A stretch of 64,000 nucleotides of DNA. It comes from an uncultured Verrucomicrobiae bacterium (GTDB taxonomy: Bacteria > Verrucomicrobiota > Verrucomicrobiia > Limisphaerales > Palsa-1400). The translations under genes and the position numbers were made by a program. The DNA lies in NCBI GenBank assembly GCA_963707025.1, contig CAVPOM010000005.1:64001-128000 (forward strand), in the 5' to 3' direction. Below the pieces are notes generated by a model, which saw nothing but the letters and a program-made list of their open reading frames with translations, was not told the DNA's origin and ran no database searches. This document shows positions 40,509-52,800 of the stretch, piece by piece (the first letter of the stretch is position 1; each line of letters starts with the position of its first letter).

Positions 40509-41006
40509 TCATGTGGTCAGGTGAAGCTGGAGTTTTTCGTCGGAAACGGTGACGATGGGGAAACCCACCGCCATCTGGCTGAAGAAATCAGGGTGGCCAG
40601 CGTAGCCGAACCTCAATTCGCCGGCGTCGAGCGGGCCGTCCCAAGATGCGATTATGAGGCGATTGCGGGAGATGTCCTGTAGAAAAACAAGCGGGTTCAG
40701 GTGCAGCGTGGAGTCAAAGAGGATTTCCGTGTTGTCGAGGCACAGGCCAATCTGGATGTGCTCATCAACCAGTTCGATGGCCACCTCTCCGGCCTGAAGC
40801 GGGCGTTGGCGCCGCGTCACCCCGAGCAGGCGCTCGCTCAACAGGAGGCTGAGATTAAGGATGGGCAGATTCAACTCGCCAGCCACCAGTTTCAAAAGTC
40901 TCGTTTTGCCGGAACCGGAGGGACCTGCGATGACGGTCAGTTTGTAATAGGCACCCTGGCAGGCCCGGACGGTTTCGATAAGCTGAGGAAACGGGATATC
41001 GGTCAT
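40509..41006 (-). CDS. brxF: BREX-3 system P-loop protein BrxF
   Basis: [52 protein letters not shown]. Directly upstream of the DUF6079 gene. Confidence 0.88.
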   Translation of the reverse strand: MTDIPFPQLIETVRACQGAYYKLTVIAGPSGSGKTRLLKLVAGELNLPILNLSLLLSERLLGVTRRQRPLQAGEVAIELVDEHIQIGLCLDNTEILFDSTLHLNPLVFLQDISRNRLIIASWDGPLDAGELRFGYAGHPDFFSQMAVGFPIVTVSDEKLQLHLTT

Positions 41007-41766
41007 GGAGCAGCCCCCCTCTGCCTGTGCATTTGCGAAAATGCCAGGGCGCAATTCAAGCCCTGCAAGGAAACCTGCCGGCTCAAAGAATCAAAAGTCA
41101 GGTCCGCCGCCATACGTGTAGCGGGAATGATGTCACCTTCCGTTCTTTTTTACAGCAAAAAACAGATCGAAATATTCCCGCGCAACCCCTTGCTGTCGTG
41201 CAGTTTATTCTCTATCGGTCTGGAAGCCTTGCTCGTCCACCTGTGCCACGGAACTTTGCATTCCGCCTGTAATTCACACGGGGGGGCATGCTCCCCGCGT
41301 CCTTCAGTGCGGCGTGCAAGTTGGCGAAGCTCAACCGCGCCTAAGTGCCGGCCCGCGCACTGGCGCAATGCCGCCGGGGATGCTGAGGAAGGCCCAGTTC
41401 GATGAATTGAGGTTCGTCATGGCGGAACAAATGAACGGGTTGCAGGGGTTGGGGCAAAAGGGCTGGTTCGATCGGCGACATCCTTAAACCAATTCTCGAA
41501 AAGACCAGCACATCGTCAAAAACAACGGGCACGGATCAGCGGCGTCAGAGTCGCTTGTCTGGGACCTGTGCATCCATCTGCAAGATAAAGGAGCCGGTCG
41601 CCGTTGTTACAGGACATACAGCAGGAACAGACCAATTTCGCCGTCCCATACGCATGGATCCCACCGAGCCACACAACGCCATTTTTTTATAAAACGCCGT
41701 CGGCACGCTTGCAATGAGTTGTTTTTTTGAAAATGGGAACAAAAAAGCGAAAAAACAACCTTTTCC

Positions 41767-41793
41767 TTGACTTTTTTCCTTGGCGCATATAAT
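41767..41793 (+). promoter_or_regulatory. Putative sigma70 promoter for a leaderless xis transcript
   Basis: TTGACT at 41767-72 and perfect TATAAT at 41788-93 (spacer only 15 nt). The GTG start follows 6 nt later with no SD. Confidence 0.45.
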
Positions 41794-41799
41794 CTCAAA

Positions 41800-41976
41800 G
41801 TGACTGATGGCGATAAATTGCTGACCATCGAAGAGCTGGCCGACCGGCTTCAGTATTCAGTTGAATGGATACGGGAGAAGGTTAAAGCTGGCATTATTCC
41901 TGCCATCAGATTTAATTCGAGGGCTTGGCGGTTCCACTGGCCGACTGTAGTTGCCGCACTTTCGAAGCTGCAGTAA
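41800..41976 (+). CDS. Excisionase-like HTH protein (HTH_17/MerR-like)
   Basis: LLTIEELADRLQYSVEWIREKVKAGIIPAIRFNSRAWRF. Convergent with and overlapping the integrase end. Confidence 0.85.
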   Translation: MTDGDKLLTIEELADRLQYSVEWIREKVKAGIIPAIRFNSRAWRFHWPTVVAALSKLQ

Positions 41977-43192
41977 CGGTGTCTAGCCATTTTTTGGTAT
42001 TCAGGTAGGCCTTCACCTTCTTGGGGGTTATCTCCCAGTGTTGGAAGGACACAGACTCGGGTACATGCAGATCGGCGTAGTGCTTCAGGAGCACTCGGAT
42101 ACTGTTCCCCATGTCCTTGATCACGTCATAGTCGTTCTTGTAAACAGCCCGCAAGTGCGTTGCACAGTTCTTTCGCAGTCCGTCGCGGATCCACTCTTTC
42201 AAGCCGATCAATTCGCAGCACTGGTCCACCAGACGACGCTCGTTCACCGGCGGAAGCGGGTTTTTCAGTTCCTTGGCCAATTTCAGCCACTCCACCGCTA
42301 CGGGCTGCAGGCGAATGGTGCGCTGGTCTCCGGTTTTGGCAACGTCAACGCTCACCGTTGCAAGTCCATGTTCCAAGTCGATTTGGTCCCACCCAAATGG
42401 CGGTTTGCCGGCCGCAAGCGCCTTGGCAGACTCGACCTCCTCTGGCCTCATGCACCCGAAAAATCCAAGTGCCAGAGGAGCGAGAATCTGCTGTGTCAAA
42501 GGGTTCGACAGCGCGGCAGCCATGATGTTTAGGGTGGTCTCGTTGGGATATATTTCGACCGTGACGCCAATTTTACCGATCGGCTCCAGCCGATCAACGA
42601 TGTTGAGACTGCACCAGCCCTTTGCAATTGCCACCTCCCAGAGCGACGAAAAACGACCTTGGTTTGTTCGCTTTGTGTTCAAGCTCCAAGGCTGCTCTGT
42701 CCTGGTTTTTTTCTGGACCTTGATCCAATCCTCCAGTTCTGCGGGCTGGATTTCGTGGATCGGTTGCCTCTCCCGGCCTTCGCCGAACCTCATGAATAAA
42801 TCCGCCACTTCATCAACATACCGTTGCGTTTTGCCTGCGGCAAGCTTCCGACGTTTGAACTCAGCAACCACGTCTTCGTAGGCCATCGGGGTGGTCGTTG
42901 TCTGTTGGTTGTCCTTTCGCCATTGTTGCCAATCGGCCCAGACGCCAGGCAGCGTCTGGCCTTTGGCCTTGATATCCTGCAAAACGCTAACCACGAGATC
43001 TCGCTCCACCGGGGTAAGCCGATCCCAATACTCGCCTCGCCTCTTGACCTCCTTTTTGTATTCGTCAATTTCAGCGTCAGCGTCTCCCTCAGTTTTAAAA
43101 GTGTGCCGGAGCTTTTTCCCTGTTGCATCAATCCCGTAATCCAGCTCCCACCGACCACTATTTAGCTGCCTCTTGGTTGGTTCCTTCTTCAT
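41912..43192 (-). CDS. Tyrosine recombinase/phage-type integrase
   Basis: N-terminal arm-binding-like WELDYG..GKKLRHTFKT. Catalytic R (MRPEE), K (AKT), DGLR, MGNS, KHY. Lies next to the tRNA fragment. Confidence 0.9.
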   Translation of the reverse strand: MKKEPTKRQLNSGRWELDYGIDATGKKLRHTFKTEGDADAEIDEYKKEVKRRGEYWDRLTPVERDLVVSVLQDIKAKGQTLPGVWADWQQWRKDNQQTTTTPMAYEDVVAEFKRRKLAAGKTQRYVDEVADLFMRFGEGRERQPIHEIQPAELEDWIKVQKKTRTEQPWSLNTKRTNQGRFSSLWEVAIAKGWCSLNIVDRLEPIGKIGVTVEIYPNETTLNIMAAALSNPLTQQILAPLALGFFGCMRPEEVESAKALAAGKPPFGWDQIDLEHGLATVSVDVAKTGDQRTIRLQPVAVEWLKLAKELKNPLPPVNERRLVDQCCELIGLKEWIRDGLRKNCATHLRAVYKNDYDVIKDMGNSIRVLLKHYADLHVPESVSFQHWEITPKKVKAYLNTKKWLDTVTAASKVRQLQSASGTAKPSN

Positions 43193-43229
43193 GTCAGTTT
43201 TCGTCAGTTTATTCGTCAGTTTTCGTCAA
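43192..43229. promoter_or_regulatory. Four direct repeats (c/t)gtcagttt, putative integrase arm-type sites
   Basis: tgtcagtttt cgtcagttta ttcgtcagtt ttcgtcaaa, between the integrase start and the att core. Confidence 0.55.
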
Positions 43230-43339
43230 AATACCTACCTGAGAACTACCAAACAACTCCTTAACATGTCAAACCGCAATCGAAGTGGGAAAAGCGCCAT
43301 TTTACGAGGCAAAACGGCGCCTTTGCGCGGCAAATTGGA

Positions 43340-43388
43340 TGGTGGAGCCGACAGGAATCGAACCTGCGACCTTCTCATTGCGAACGAG
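43340..43388 (-). tRNA. 3' fragment of tRNA-Ala(CGC), att site of an integrative element (not a complete tRNA)
   Basis: Minus strand reads ctcg-ttcgcaa-tgagaaggtc-gcagg-ttcgatt-cctgt-cggctcc-acca: anticodon loop, T arm, 3' acceptor strand and CCA. The D arm and 5' acceptor strand are missing. Confidence 0.88.
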
Positions 43389-43559
43389 GAGTGCTCCCCA
43401 TGAGAGATTGGCGAATATAGCATTGCTCCGTTTTGCGCCTGTCATTTTTAACTGCGCACGCCACACAGTACCTCTCATTCGCAAGTGCCGTGGAGTTGTG
43501 GCTGGGTCAGCTTGCTCTGGCCAAGGCAATGCTCAACCAGCCGACCAAGAACCGAGCGC

Positions 43560-45140
43560 TCAGAGCCTGGGCAACCCTTCCGTTTGGAACTTCTGGTCGA
43601 GTTCGACGAACGCGGGGTGATGGTCCGGCCAGAACGACGCGCGCTTGGTCGGTTTGGGAAACAGATGCGAATCGAACCGCAGCAACCGGTGCATTTGGTG
43701 AAAGGCAAGGCCATCCATCCCCAGGAGATCCTCGATCTCCTGGCCGGTGCGAGAGGTCGTTTCGGCGCGGTCGCTCTTGGCCCGGAAGCCAGCGTGGTTC
43801 ATGAGGTTGACCACTCCGGCCTGCCAGTCCAGCTGCTGATAGTAGTAGGACCGCATCAGCTCTGGCCCGAGATCACACTCCGACTCGCTGAGGTGGTCGG
43901 ACAGACGCAGGTTTCCGCCCAGCCAAGAGTGCGTCAGGTGGTTGGCGAGCGGGTAAGCGCGGAAGTTGGGGTCGGCAGAAATGTTTTGGATGAGCCGCAT
44001 GAAATTGGAGTAGTAGGGCTCGACGCGCTGGAAATAATTGAATTCCCGGATGGCGGCATGCTGGGTGGAAACGGCGTAGGAGCTGAGATCGCCGGGCCGG
44101 TCCAGTTCCATTCGCCAATGGGTCAGCACGATGGCGAAGACCAAGGGCTGCAGGGGAGCCGGCAGGGAGAAGGGCAGGCCATCGTGGGTGACCGCACCCC
44201 GGAGCAGGCAGGTGGCGTCTTCAAATCCCTCGCGGTCCAGCCCCAACTCCTGTTGCAAGGCCGGGTCCAGGGTGGCGTAAGCGCAAGTCTCGCTGCGACG
44301 CGCGACGACCCGCCGGCCGCTGGGCAAGAGCATGGCCCGATCCTCATGGTCGTGCAGAGTGAAGTCCTGCATAGAGTCGCCTGCCGCTCGGAAGGGGTAT
44401 CCGTAATAGCGATCCCCGTTGCCGAAGCGGGCCAGCACACGCCAGGGGTCGGGTTCGCAGTCAACGCAGGGGTAGGCAAACCCGCCCGTGGCGGGCAGGA
44501 TGTCCGCGAAAATGGGGGCCGGCATATTGGCCAGCCCGCCCAAGTGGGCGTCTGGATAAAGGTAACGCGCCGGGAACAACTGGGCCGGGCCCAGGCCCCG
44601 GGCCAGCGAACCGAGGAACAGAAACACCTTCTCAAGCTGGATGTGGGGTGTGAGGGCGAACCCAATCTGCGGCAGGGCGAGAACGAGGGTCGTATGGACG
44701 CCTTGCAGCACCTTGGGCTTGAGTTCCTGCCAGAGGCTGTGGTGATAACGCACATGGCGGGCGTTGATCCCAAGCCCGGTGGATTGGGAGGGTGATTCAA
44801 ACCAGGGGAGATCCTGGAGGGTGGCGGCTTCCGGAGGCAGTGGCGCCAACTGCGGAAGCTGCGGCTCCGAGCAGAACTTCGGTTGGTATTTCCAATCCCG
44901 GAGCGAGTCGGGGAAATTGCCGGTGACGGAGGTGGTGATACAGTCGCCAGCGGTCAACCCGGCGGGCATCTGGAAATCGGTGAAGGCATGGGCCCGCGCC
45001 AGGGGGACCGCGCAGTTCAACACCTTGCGCCCCCGGCCGCAGCCGCGGATGAAATCCGTGAAAGCCTGTTCGGTGTGCTCGGCGCCGGGATTGGCGATGA
45101 CGTTCCATCGTTCTGCGAAGTTTTCGGTTTGTTGCGGCAT
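43560..45140 (-). CDS. Hypothetical protein (526 aa)
   Basis: Long ORF with G/C-ending codon bias and globular composition. No family recognised. Confidence 0.7.
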   Translation of the reverse strand: MPQQTENFAERWNVIANPGAEHTEQAFTDFIRGCGRGRKVLNCAVPLARAHAFTDFQMPAGLTAGDCITTSVTGNFPDSLRDWKYQPKFCSEPQLPQLAPLPPEAATLQDLPWFESPSQSTGLGINARHVRYHHSLWQELKPKVLQGVHTTLVLALPQIGFALTPHIQLEKVFLFLGSLARGLGPAQLFPARYLYPDAHLGGLANMPAPIFADILPATGGFAYPCVDCEPDPWRVLARFGNGDRYYGYPFRAAGDSMQDFTLHDHEDRAMLLPSGRRVVARRSETCAYATLDPALQQELGLDREGFEDATCLLRGAVTHDGLPFSLPAPLQPLVFAIVLTHWRMELDRPGDLSSYAVSTQHAAIREFNYFQRVEPYYSNFMRLIQNISADPNFRAYPLANHLTHSWLGGNLRLSDHLSESECDLGPELMRSYYYQQLDWQAGVVNLMNHAGFRAKSDRAETTSRTGQEIEDLLGMDGLAFHQMHRLLRFDSHLFPKPTKRASFWPDHHPAFVELDQKFQTEGLPRL

Positions 45141-45680
45141 TGGTTTGTTTGTCGGAGCGGCGCTCGCCAAGGAGTTGCCACGGACGCCTTGAGGGACGCG
45201 GTTATAGGGTGTGGGCTGAGGAAACGACCACCGCCCTGACATGTTAAAGTATTTTTGAGCGTAAGCTTTTGACGAGGAACCGACGCACTCCTCCTCCCAA
45301 ACGCTGTCAGGCTCGTCGTACCCGCAGCCTGGAAAATGTATCGTTGAGCGAGGAAGGCAATCGCGGTGGTTAAAGCCGCTTGGCGGAACTTTAAACCAAT
45401 ATAAAACTCACATTGCGCACGATAAAACTGACATGTTTATCGTGCTCCTTTAGCACATTGAAGAAAGAACGCCTGCCAAGTGTTGACTTGCTTCAACGAG
45501 GCCGCGCCCGCACGGGCGCGGAAATGACGAACGCTGCCTTCAAAAGGCCCGCCCGGGAAGGCGCAAGCGCCGAACGCACGGGCTGGGACGCGGTACCATG
45601 TCCCCGCCGACGCCGCCGTCCGGAAGTTGTAGTATTCTCCCTCCGCCGATTCTGGACAAACTTGGCGCTGTCCGCCATCG

Positions 45681-46380
45681 TTGGTGGATAAACACGCGGC
45701 CGACAACGAAATCGAGACCGAAAAAAGAAGAAAACCCATACTTGTTCGCCTTTGGCTAGATCCGACCGACCATCCTGTTATCATGAGCGAGGAATATGCG
45801 GATCGGAAACTGGAATCCATCCACCAGCAAGTTGGTGGGTGGTTCGATGGTTTCGCCAACAGCCCCCAGCCGTGCCGAAGCTCAAAAAAACAAGGCTTCG
45901 GGCATTGTCCGGTGCTTTCCCGCCACGGCGACGGTGTGAACGGCCCCAGTCGCACGAAAATTGAAGAGATGGCCCGCTTCGTGTACAAGCTGGAGAAAAT
46001 GCAAGAAGCCCGCCCATGAGCAGCCAAGAATGGTCAATAGCACCGCCACGGCCAAAGTGACCACCCACACGGAGCAATGTTTCGCCGAACTGCTGGCCCG
46101 CGACAAGGAACTTTCAGCCCTCCGAGCCGAGCACGCGCGAAAGCCCACGACGAAGCGCCGGGCGGCAGCGGAGTGGGTTTATGGTGAAAGCATCAGCAAC
46201 AGCCTGTTTGGGGCAGCTCTAGCGCGCCTTCAGGGCGAACGATTGCTTGCACCCAAGTGGCCCCAGCCTTTGGCACCTTGGCCATTGACCCAAAATATGG
46301 CCCTGTCCTGTTGACGGTTGGCTGTTATGAACACGGTGGCGGCCGACGTGCCAAACAAAGTGCATCGTGGCGCCACATGG
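45681..46380 (+). pseudogene. Degraded gene remnants (hypothetical)
   Basis: Protein-like segments in shifting frames, for example ELLARDKELSALRAEH and ALAIDPKYGPVLLTVGCYEH. Confidence 0.3.
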
Positions 46381-46482
46381 CCGAGCAATGGGCCGCTTCA
46401 ACCCCAAAAATGGTCCGATTGGACTTGACAAAATGACCTCAAAAAGCTTGTTTTTGACGGGGGAACGCCGCATTCTTGCCCT

Positions 46483-49400
46483 ATGCGTCTGCTAAAGGTA
46501 GGATTTTTCGCTGGCATGATGGTCGTTGCCAATATTGTTAACGGTCAATTGACGATTCGAGTGCCCGCGGATTATCCGACAATTCAGGCGGCCCTCAACG
46601 CTGCCAGCGTTTTGACCAACGACACCATATTGGTGTCGCCTGGGGTTTATGCTGAATCCGTCAATTTCAATGGCAAAGCAGCCCTGTTGATCAGCGAGAA
46701 TGGTCCGACTGTGACGTTGATAAATCCACCTGCAGGTTCGGCTGCCGTTACCTTCAACAGCGGTGAAATCTCGAATTCGACCATATCTGGCTTTACCATC
46801 ACCAATGGTGGGGTTTCAGTTTTGTTTTCGTCGCCAACGATTATTTCGAATACGATTACCGGCTGCTCAGGAAACGGGGTTTACTTGGTTGGAGGGAACA
46901 CTGCGGTAATCCAAGGCAACATCATTGAGGATAATGGAGGGGGTATCGGTCTGGATGGGGCTGGAGCTGCCATCGTCAATAATTTGATACAAAACAATCA
47001 GGGGAACGGAATCAGCATGGAAAATGGAAGCGATTCTCAAATCGTTCAAAACCTAATCGCGCATAATGCTGGAGATGGCATTAACGCATTGGTACCAGAC
47101 GGGACACCTGGTCCATTGGCCATTAATAACACAATTGTGGAGAACGGCGGCGCAGGGATTAACGAGTATGGCTTTATCTCCAGTTGCGAGATTATCAACA
47201 ATATCGTGATTGGAAATCCTGCGCTCAATGTGAGCTTCTTGAATACGACCCCTTCCTTCCCCACCATACAATTCAACGATTTTTACTCTGCTGAGGGCAA
47301 TTTGTATGAGGGAGGATTTGTCACCAACTTGAATGGAGTTGATGGCAATATATCAACCAACCCATTCTTTGCTTGCCTTCCCGGCGGCGACTTCCATTTG
47401 CTGGCTGGGTCACCCTGCATTGATGCGGGCACGAACGGAGCGCCTGGCCTGATTTCGGTGGATTTTGATGGAAACCCTCGGGTCTTGGCCGGCAAATCCA
47501 ACGACACGGCGATTGTAGATATGGGGGCCTACGAGTTCAATCCCGCCTCACCGCCAACTCCCTGCATATATTTAAATCCTCCTTCAAACGTCGTGGTAGT
47601 GGCCGTGGTGGGGCAAAATTCAGCGGTCGTCAATTATCCCGCGCCCGACGCTACGCCGGCGGCGACGGTAACTTGCATTCCGGCTTCCGGTTCAATTTTC
47701 CTGGCTGGCACCAACGTCGTAGTTTGCACCCTGGTCTATGGCACCAATACCTTGACCGGCACTTTCACCGTCACCGTTGAGGTTCCGCCGTTCGTCAACA
47801 ACCAACCGTCCATTATCAGCGTTTTGGCTAACAGCAACGCCACCATGACCGTTGGCGCGCTCGGAACGGGGCCAATGAGTTATCAATGGTCATTTGACGG
47901 CGCGGCAGTTGACGGTGCCACGAACACCATCTTGACCGTGTCCAACGCGCAATCGCTCAACGAAGGCTATTATCAAGTCACCCTGGCAAATAATGTCGGC
48001 ACAGCCACCAGCTTGCCCATCCTCTTGCGCGTCTTGCCTTCCGCCGCGCTGATTATTTCCGGACCGCTTCCTGTTTCTGTTCCGGCCGGAAGCGAGGCAC
48101 TGTTCAATGCCAATGTTCTTGGCAGTGCGCCATTGAACATTCATTGGTTTAAAGATGGCGCCTTTCTCCCGGAAGCCACTTCCTCCCAACTGGTCATTTC
48201 CAATGCGCAGCCAGCCGACGCCGGCGTTTATCAAATACAGGCCTCAAACTATTTGGCATCAGTCACCAGCGCCGGGGCGACGTTGACGGTGCTGCCGGCC
48301 CGACCGTCGTTTGCCCTGCAACCGGCTTCCGTGGCGGCCGTGGCTGGCACCAATGCGGAGTTTGACAGCCTGGCCATTGGTTCGAACGACGCCCTGAACC
48401 CCATCCGATACGCCTGGTATTTTCAGAACCACCGAATCGCCGATCAAACCGACCCAGTTTTATCGTTCTCCTCGATTGCCGCCACAAACCAGGGCGCCTA
48501 TTATGTTGTCGCTTCAAATTCGTATGGCACGGCCACCAGCACGGTCGTCCAATTGACGGTTTATCTGCCTCCCTCGTTCCAAACCGGTTTGCCTAACCAG
48601 GTGGCGGACGAGGGAAGCGTGGTTCTTTTGAGCGCAACCGCGACTGGGACAGCGCCGTTGGCCTACAGTTGGACTTTCAATTCCACCCTACTTTCTAATA
48701 CGACGGCATCCATTTCGCTCACCAACCTCACGCTGGTGCAGTCGGGGTTTTATTCGGTTACTGTCACGAATCTATTTGGCACCGCCACCTCCACCGGCAG
48801 AGTGAGCGTGTTTTTGCCGCCGCTGCAAGTCGCGGCTTGGGGCGATGATTCCGGGGGACAGACCCAGGTGCCGACCAATTTGGACAATGCCGTGGCGATT
48901 GCGGGCGGGGACTATCATTCGATTGCGCTCCGGCATGACGGAACACTGTTAGCCTGGGGCTTTGACGGCGAAGGGCAAATTGATGTCCCCACCAACTCCT
49001 TGCGTTTCGTAGCAGTGGCTGCCGGGGCGGAGCACAACCTGGCCATTGCGGAAGACGGCAGCGTCGTCGCCTGGGGAAGAGACGATTCAGGGCAAAGCGA
49101 TGTTCCCAGCTCAGTGTCAAACGTGATGAGTGTGGCGGCGGGCGAGTCCCACAGCTTGGCCTTGCAGGCATCGGGAGCCGTGGTGGCTTGGGGAGATAAC
49201 ACCTATGGGCAAACCAGCATCCCGGATGCGTTAATACCAACCTCATTCATCAGTACCTGGTGGGGAGGATACTGGGCGTACAATCCCGATTGGGTACCGG
49301 TTCAAGCGATTGCTGCGGGACGCAACCACAACCTGGCATTGCTGACTAATGGAACGGTGGTGGCATGGGGCGACAATGGCTTTGGGCAGGTGTCGCCGCC

Positions 49401-49881
49401 GTCCAATCTGTCAAACGTCGTTGCCATCACCGCCGGCGATCTGCACAGCGCGGCATTGTGCTCGGACGGAACCGTGGTGGTTTGGGGGGACAACACGTTT
49501 AGCCAAACCAATGTGTCTGCGGGACTCTCAAATATTGTGGCCATTGCGGCCGGCGATTTCCACACCCTAGTGCTCTTATCGAATGGGACAGTGGTGGGAT
49601 GGGGCAGTGGGACGTATGGCCAACTGGCGGTGCCGTTGAGTGCTACAAACGCCGTCGCAATTGCCTCCGGGTATTATCACGGATTGGCTCTCGTTCCGTT
49701 TGATTCGCGCCTCCAGGCGAATTTGACCCGCAACGGGTTGGTGATTCAATGGAACGGATCGGGTAATCTCCAATGGTCTTCCATGGTGACCGGGCCTTTT
49801 ACCGATATGCCGAGCCAGGGGAATACCTGGACAAACATCAATATGTCCGCTCCAGCAAAATTCTTCAGAATACACCGATGA
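46483..49881 (+). CDS. Exoprotein 1: parallel beta-helix, HYR, 4 Ig, RCC1/BLIP-II-like propeller, C-terminal KFFR domain
   Basis: [14 protein letters not shown]-rich PbH repeats, [18 protein letters not shown], Ig YQW/YQV motifs, seven WG..GQ..P/AIAAG..H repeats. Confidence 0.9.
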   Translation: MRLLKVGFFAGMMVVANIVNGQLTIRVPADYPTIQAALNAASVLTNDTILVSPGVYAESVNFNGKAALLISENGPTVTLINPPAGSAAVTFNSGEISNSTISGFTITNGGVSVLFSSPTIISNTITGCSGNGVYLVGGNTAVIQGNIIEDNGGGIGLDGAGAAIVNNLIQNNQGNGISMENGSDSQIVQNLIAHNAGDGINALVPDGTPGPLAINNTIVENGGAGINEYGFISSCEIINNIVIGNPALNVSFLNTTPSFPTIQFNDFYSAEGNLYEGGFVTNLNGVDGNISTNPFFACLPGGDFHLLAGSPCIDAGTNGAPGLISVDFDGNPRVLAGKSNDTAIVDMGAYEFNPASPPTPCIYLNPPSNVVVVAVVGQNSAVVNYPAPDATPAATVTCIPASGSIFLAGTNVVVCTLVYGTNTLTGTFTVTVEVPPFVNNQPSIISVLANSNATMTVGALGTGPMSYQWSFDGAAVDGATNTILTVSNAQSLNEGYYQVTLANNVGTATSLPILLRVLPSAALIISGPLPVSVPAGSEALFNANVLGSAPLNIHWFKDGAFLPEATSSQLVISNAQPADAGVYQIQASNYLASVTSAGATLTVLPARPSFALQPASVAAVAGTNAEFDSLAIGSNDALNPIRYAWYFQNHRIADQTDPVLSFSSIAATNQGAYYVVASNSYGTATSTVVQLTVYLPPSFQTGLPNQVADEGSVVLLSATATGTAPLAYSWTFNSTLLSNTTASISLTNLTLVQSGFYSVTVTNLFGTATSTGRVSVFLPPLQVAAWGDDSGGQTQVPTNLDNAVAIAGGDYHSIALRHDGTLLAWGFDGEGQIDVPTNSLRFVAVAAGAEHNLAIAEDGSVVAWGRDDSGQSDVPSSVSNVMSVAAGESHSLALQASGAVVAWGDNTYGQTSIPDALIPTSFISTWWGGYWAYNPDWVPVQAIAAGRNHNLALLTNGTVVAWGDNGFGQVSPPSNLSNVVAITAGDLHSAALCSDGTVVVWGDNTFSQTNVSAGLSNIVAIAAGDFHTLVLLSNGTVVGWGSGTYGQLAVPLSATNAVAIASGYYHGLALVPFDSRLQANLTRNGLVIQWNGSGNLQWSSMVTGPFTDMPSQGNTWTNINMSAPAKFFRIHR

Positions 49882-52800
49882 AAACGCCAGAGTGTTGGCC
49901 CCTCAGCGCCCGATTTATCTGTCGAGTAATCGGACATCAGGACTTGGGCGTTCCAAAAGTCCAAAAATGCAGTTCACCTTGTCGCCCTCATTTTTTTGCA
50001 TTTATCGTTGGCATGCTATTCATTGCCAAAGTTGCCACTTGTCAATCCGCGACGATTCGCGTGCCGGCGGATTATCCGACCATTCAGGCGGCCATCAATG
50101 CCGCACATGCTTCGACGCAGGACATTGTGTTGGTCTCGAACGGAACTTATTTTGAAAATTTGAATTTCATTGGAAAGGCAATCACCGTCACCAGCGTCAA
50201 CGGCCCTCAAGTGACCACCATTGATGGAAGCCATTCAGGCCCAGTTGTCCTGTTCGAGACCGCAGAGAGCGCCGGCTCTGTAATCAAAGGGTTCACCATA
50301 CAGTATGGATATTCCACTTTCGGCAGCGGCATGGCTCTGTCGTGGGCGTCGCCGACAATTATCAGCAACATTTTTCAAAACAATGAAGAATACAGCGGCT
50401 ATTACGGAGCTGCCATCGGCGGGAATGCCTCGTCCGCGATAATCGAACAGAATCTTTTTCGGAACAATACCACTGATGGCCAAGATTCATCCGGTGTTGT
50501 TGCCTTCATTAACGACTCGTCGCCTACAATTGCCGACAATGTGTTTTTAAATAATCCGTGTGCGGCAATTTACACGTACTTGCCTGCGGACAACACGCCG
50601 ATCATAATCAACAATACGATTGTGGGCAATAGTGTGGGGATTTCGGCCAATGCCGGGATCATTTGCAACAACATATTGCTGGACAATGGACTTGGCGTGA
50701 GGTCCACCGGTAACGTGTGGCAAAACAACCTGGTCTTCGGAGGTCAGTCCCTCTATTCGGGTCAGGATTTGACCGGCACCAACGGAAACATCTCCACCAA
50801 CCCGTTCTTCGCCTGTCTTCCAGGCGGCGATTTCCATTTGCTGTCCGGATCCCCATGCATTGATGCGGGCACAAACGGAGCGCCTGACCTGCCGGCGGTG
50901 GATTTTGATGGAAACCCGCGAATCCTGGCCGGCAGCGCCAACCATCCGGCGATTGTGGACATGGGGGCCTATGAGTTCAATCGCGGGTCACCACCAACTC
51001 CCTGTATTTATCTTAACCCTCCATCAAATGTCGTGGCGGTTGCCGCAATTGGACAAAACTCGGTGGTGGTCAATTATCCTGCGCCCGACGCCACACCGGG
51101 GGCGACGGTCATGTGCGTTCCCGCTTCCGGGTCAGTTTTCCAAGCTGGCACCAACCTCGTGGTTTGCACCCTGGTCTATGGCCCCAATACCTTGACCGGC
51201 ACTTTCACCGTCACCGTTGAGGTTCCGCCTTACATCACCAACCAACCGTCCATCATCAGCGTTTTGGCCAACAGCAACGCCACCATGACCGTTGGCGCGC
51301 TCGGAACAGCTCCAATGAGCTATCAGTGGTCATTTGACGGCGCGGCGGTTGACGGTGCCACGAACAGCACCCTGACTGTGTCCAATGCCCAATCGCCCAA
51401 CGAAGGCTATTATCAAGTCACCCTGGCCAATAATGTTGGCACGGCCACAAGTCAGCCCATTTTTTTGCGGGTATTGCCCTCCGGGGTGGTGATTGTCTCC
51501 AACCCGGCGCCTCTTTCTGTCCCGGCAGGAACTCAAGCTGTGTTCAATGCCGGTGTGATTGGCAGCGCGCCGTTGACCTTCCAGTGGTTTAAGGATGGGG
51601 ATCTTCTGACAGGAGCAGGTTCGCCCCAACTGGTCATTTCCAATGCGCAGGCGGCCAATGCCGGCGTTTATCAAATACAGGTTTCAAACTATTTGGGATC
51701 AGCCACCAGCGCCGGGGCGACGTTGACGGTGCTGCCAGGCAAGCCGTCGTTTGTCCTGCAACCACTTCCAGCGGCTTCGGTGGCTGGCAGCAACGTGGTT
51801 TTTGAAAGTCTGGCCGTCGGTTCGGACGACGATTTGAATCCCCTCAGATATGCCTGGTATTTCCAGAACAATAGAATCGCCGGGCAAACAAATGCCGATT
51901 TGCTGCTGTCTTCCATCACAGCTATGAACCAGGGCGCATACTACGTTGTGGCTTCAAATGCCTACGGCACGGCCACCAGCGCCGTCGCCCAACTGACGGT
52001 CTATCTGCCTCCCTCGTTCCAAACCGGATTATCCAACCAGGTGGTGACTGAGGGGAGAACAATCGTGTTGAGCGCCGGTGCCACTGGCACGCCGCCGCTG
52101 GCCTACTGTTGGAATTTCAACACCGCCCAACTTTCCAACACTGCCGCGTCCCTTTCCCTGACGAACATCACCCCGCAGCAGGCGGGATTTTATTCAGTCA
52201 CGGTCACAAACCAGTATGGCAGCATCTCATCAACCGGCAGAGTGAGTGTTTTTTTGTCGCCCTCCCAGGTTGTGGCCTGGGGCGATAATTCGGGGGGACA
52301 AACCGAGGTGCCGACCAATTTGGACAATGCTGTGGCGATTGCGGGCGGGGATTATCATTCGGTTGCCATCCGGGATGACGGGACGCTGGTGGCTTGGGGA
52401 TTTGATGACGAAGGACAAATTGACGTGCCGACCAACTCCTTGCCTTTTGTGTCGGTGGCCGCCGGAGCGGAGCATAATCTGGCCATAGCTGAAGACGGCA
52501 GCGTTGTCGCCTGGGGAGCAAATGATTCTGGGCAAACGGATGTTCCCAGCACGGTGTCCTCCGTGCTCAGTGTGGCTGCCGGGGAGTCTGACAGCTTGGC
52601 CTTGCTGGCATCGGGAACCGTAGTGGCCTGGGGAGATGACACTTGCGGGCAAACGTCCATTCCGGGTATCTTGATACCAACTTATTACGTTGATACTTGG
52701 TGGGGAGGATATTGGGTATTCAATCCAAATTGGATCCCTGTTGAATCGATTGCTGCTGGACGAAATCACAACCTGGCGTTGCTTACTAATGGCACCGTGG

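Noticed and set aside
38600..41006. Functional BREX system
   Set aside because: Only brxF and a truncated brxC are present. The methyltransferase and pglZ are absent.
43340..43415. Complete tRNA-Ala gene
   Set aside because: The sequence 5' of the anticodon arm cannot form the D arm or pair with the acceptor strand. Only the 3' 49 nt are tRNA-like.
68..44795. Long antisense ORFs (68..814, 2945..5383, 8949..10142, 18783..20072, 35086..36537, 43485..44795 and others)
   Set aside because: Shadow frames of high-GC genes. The opposite strand carries the family motifs or codon bias.
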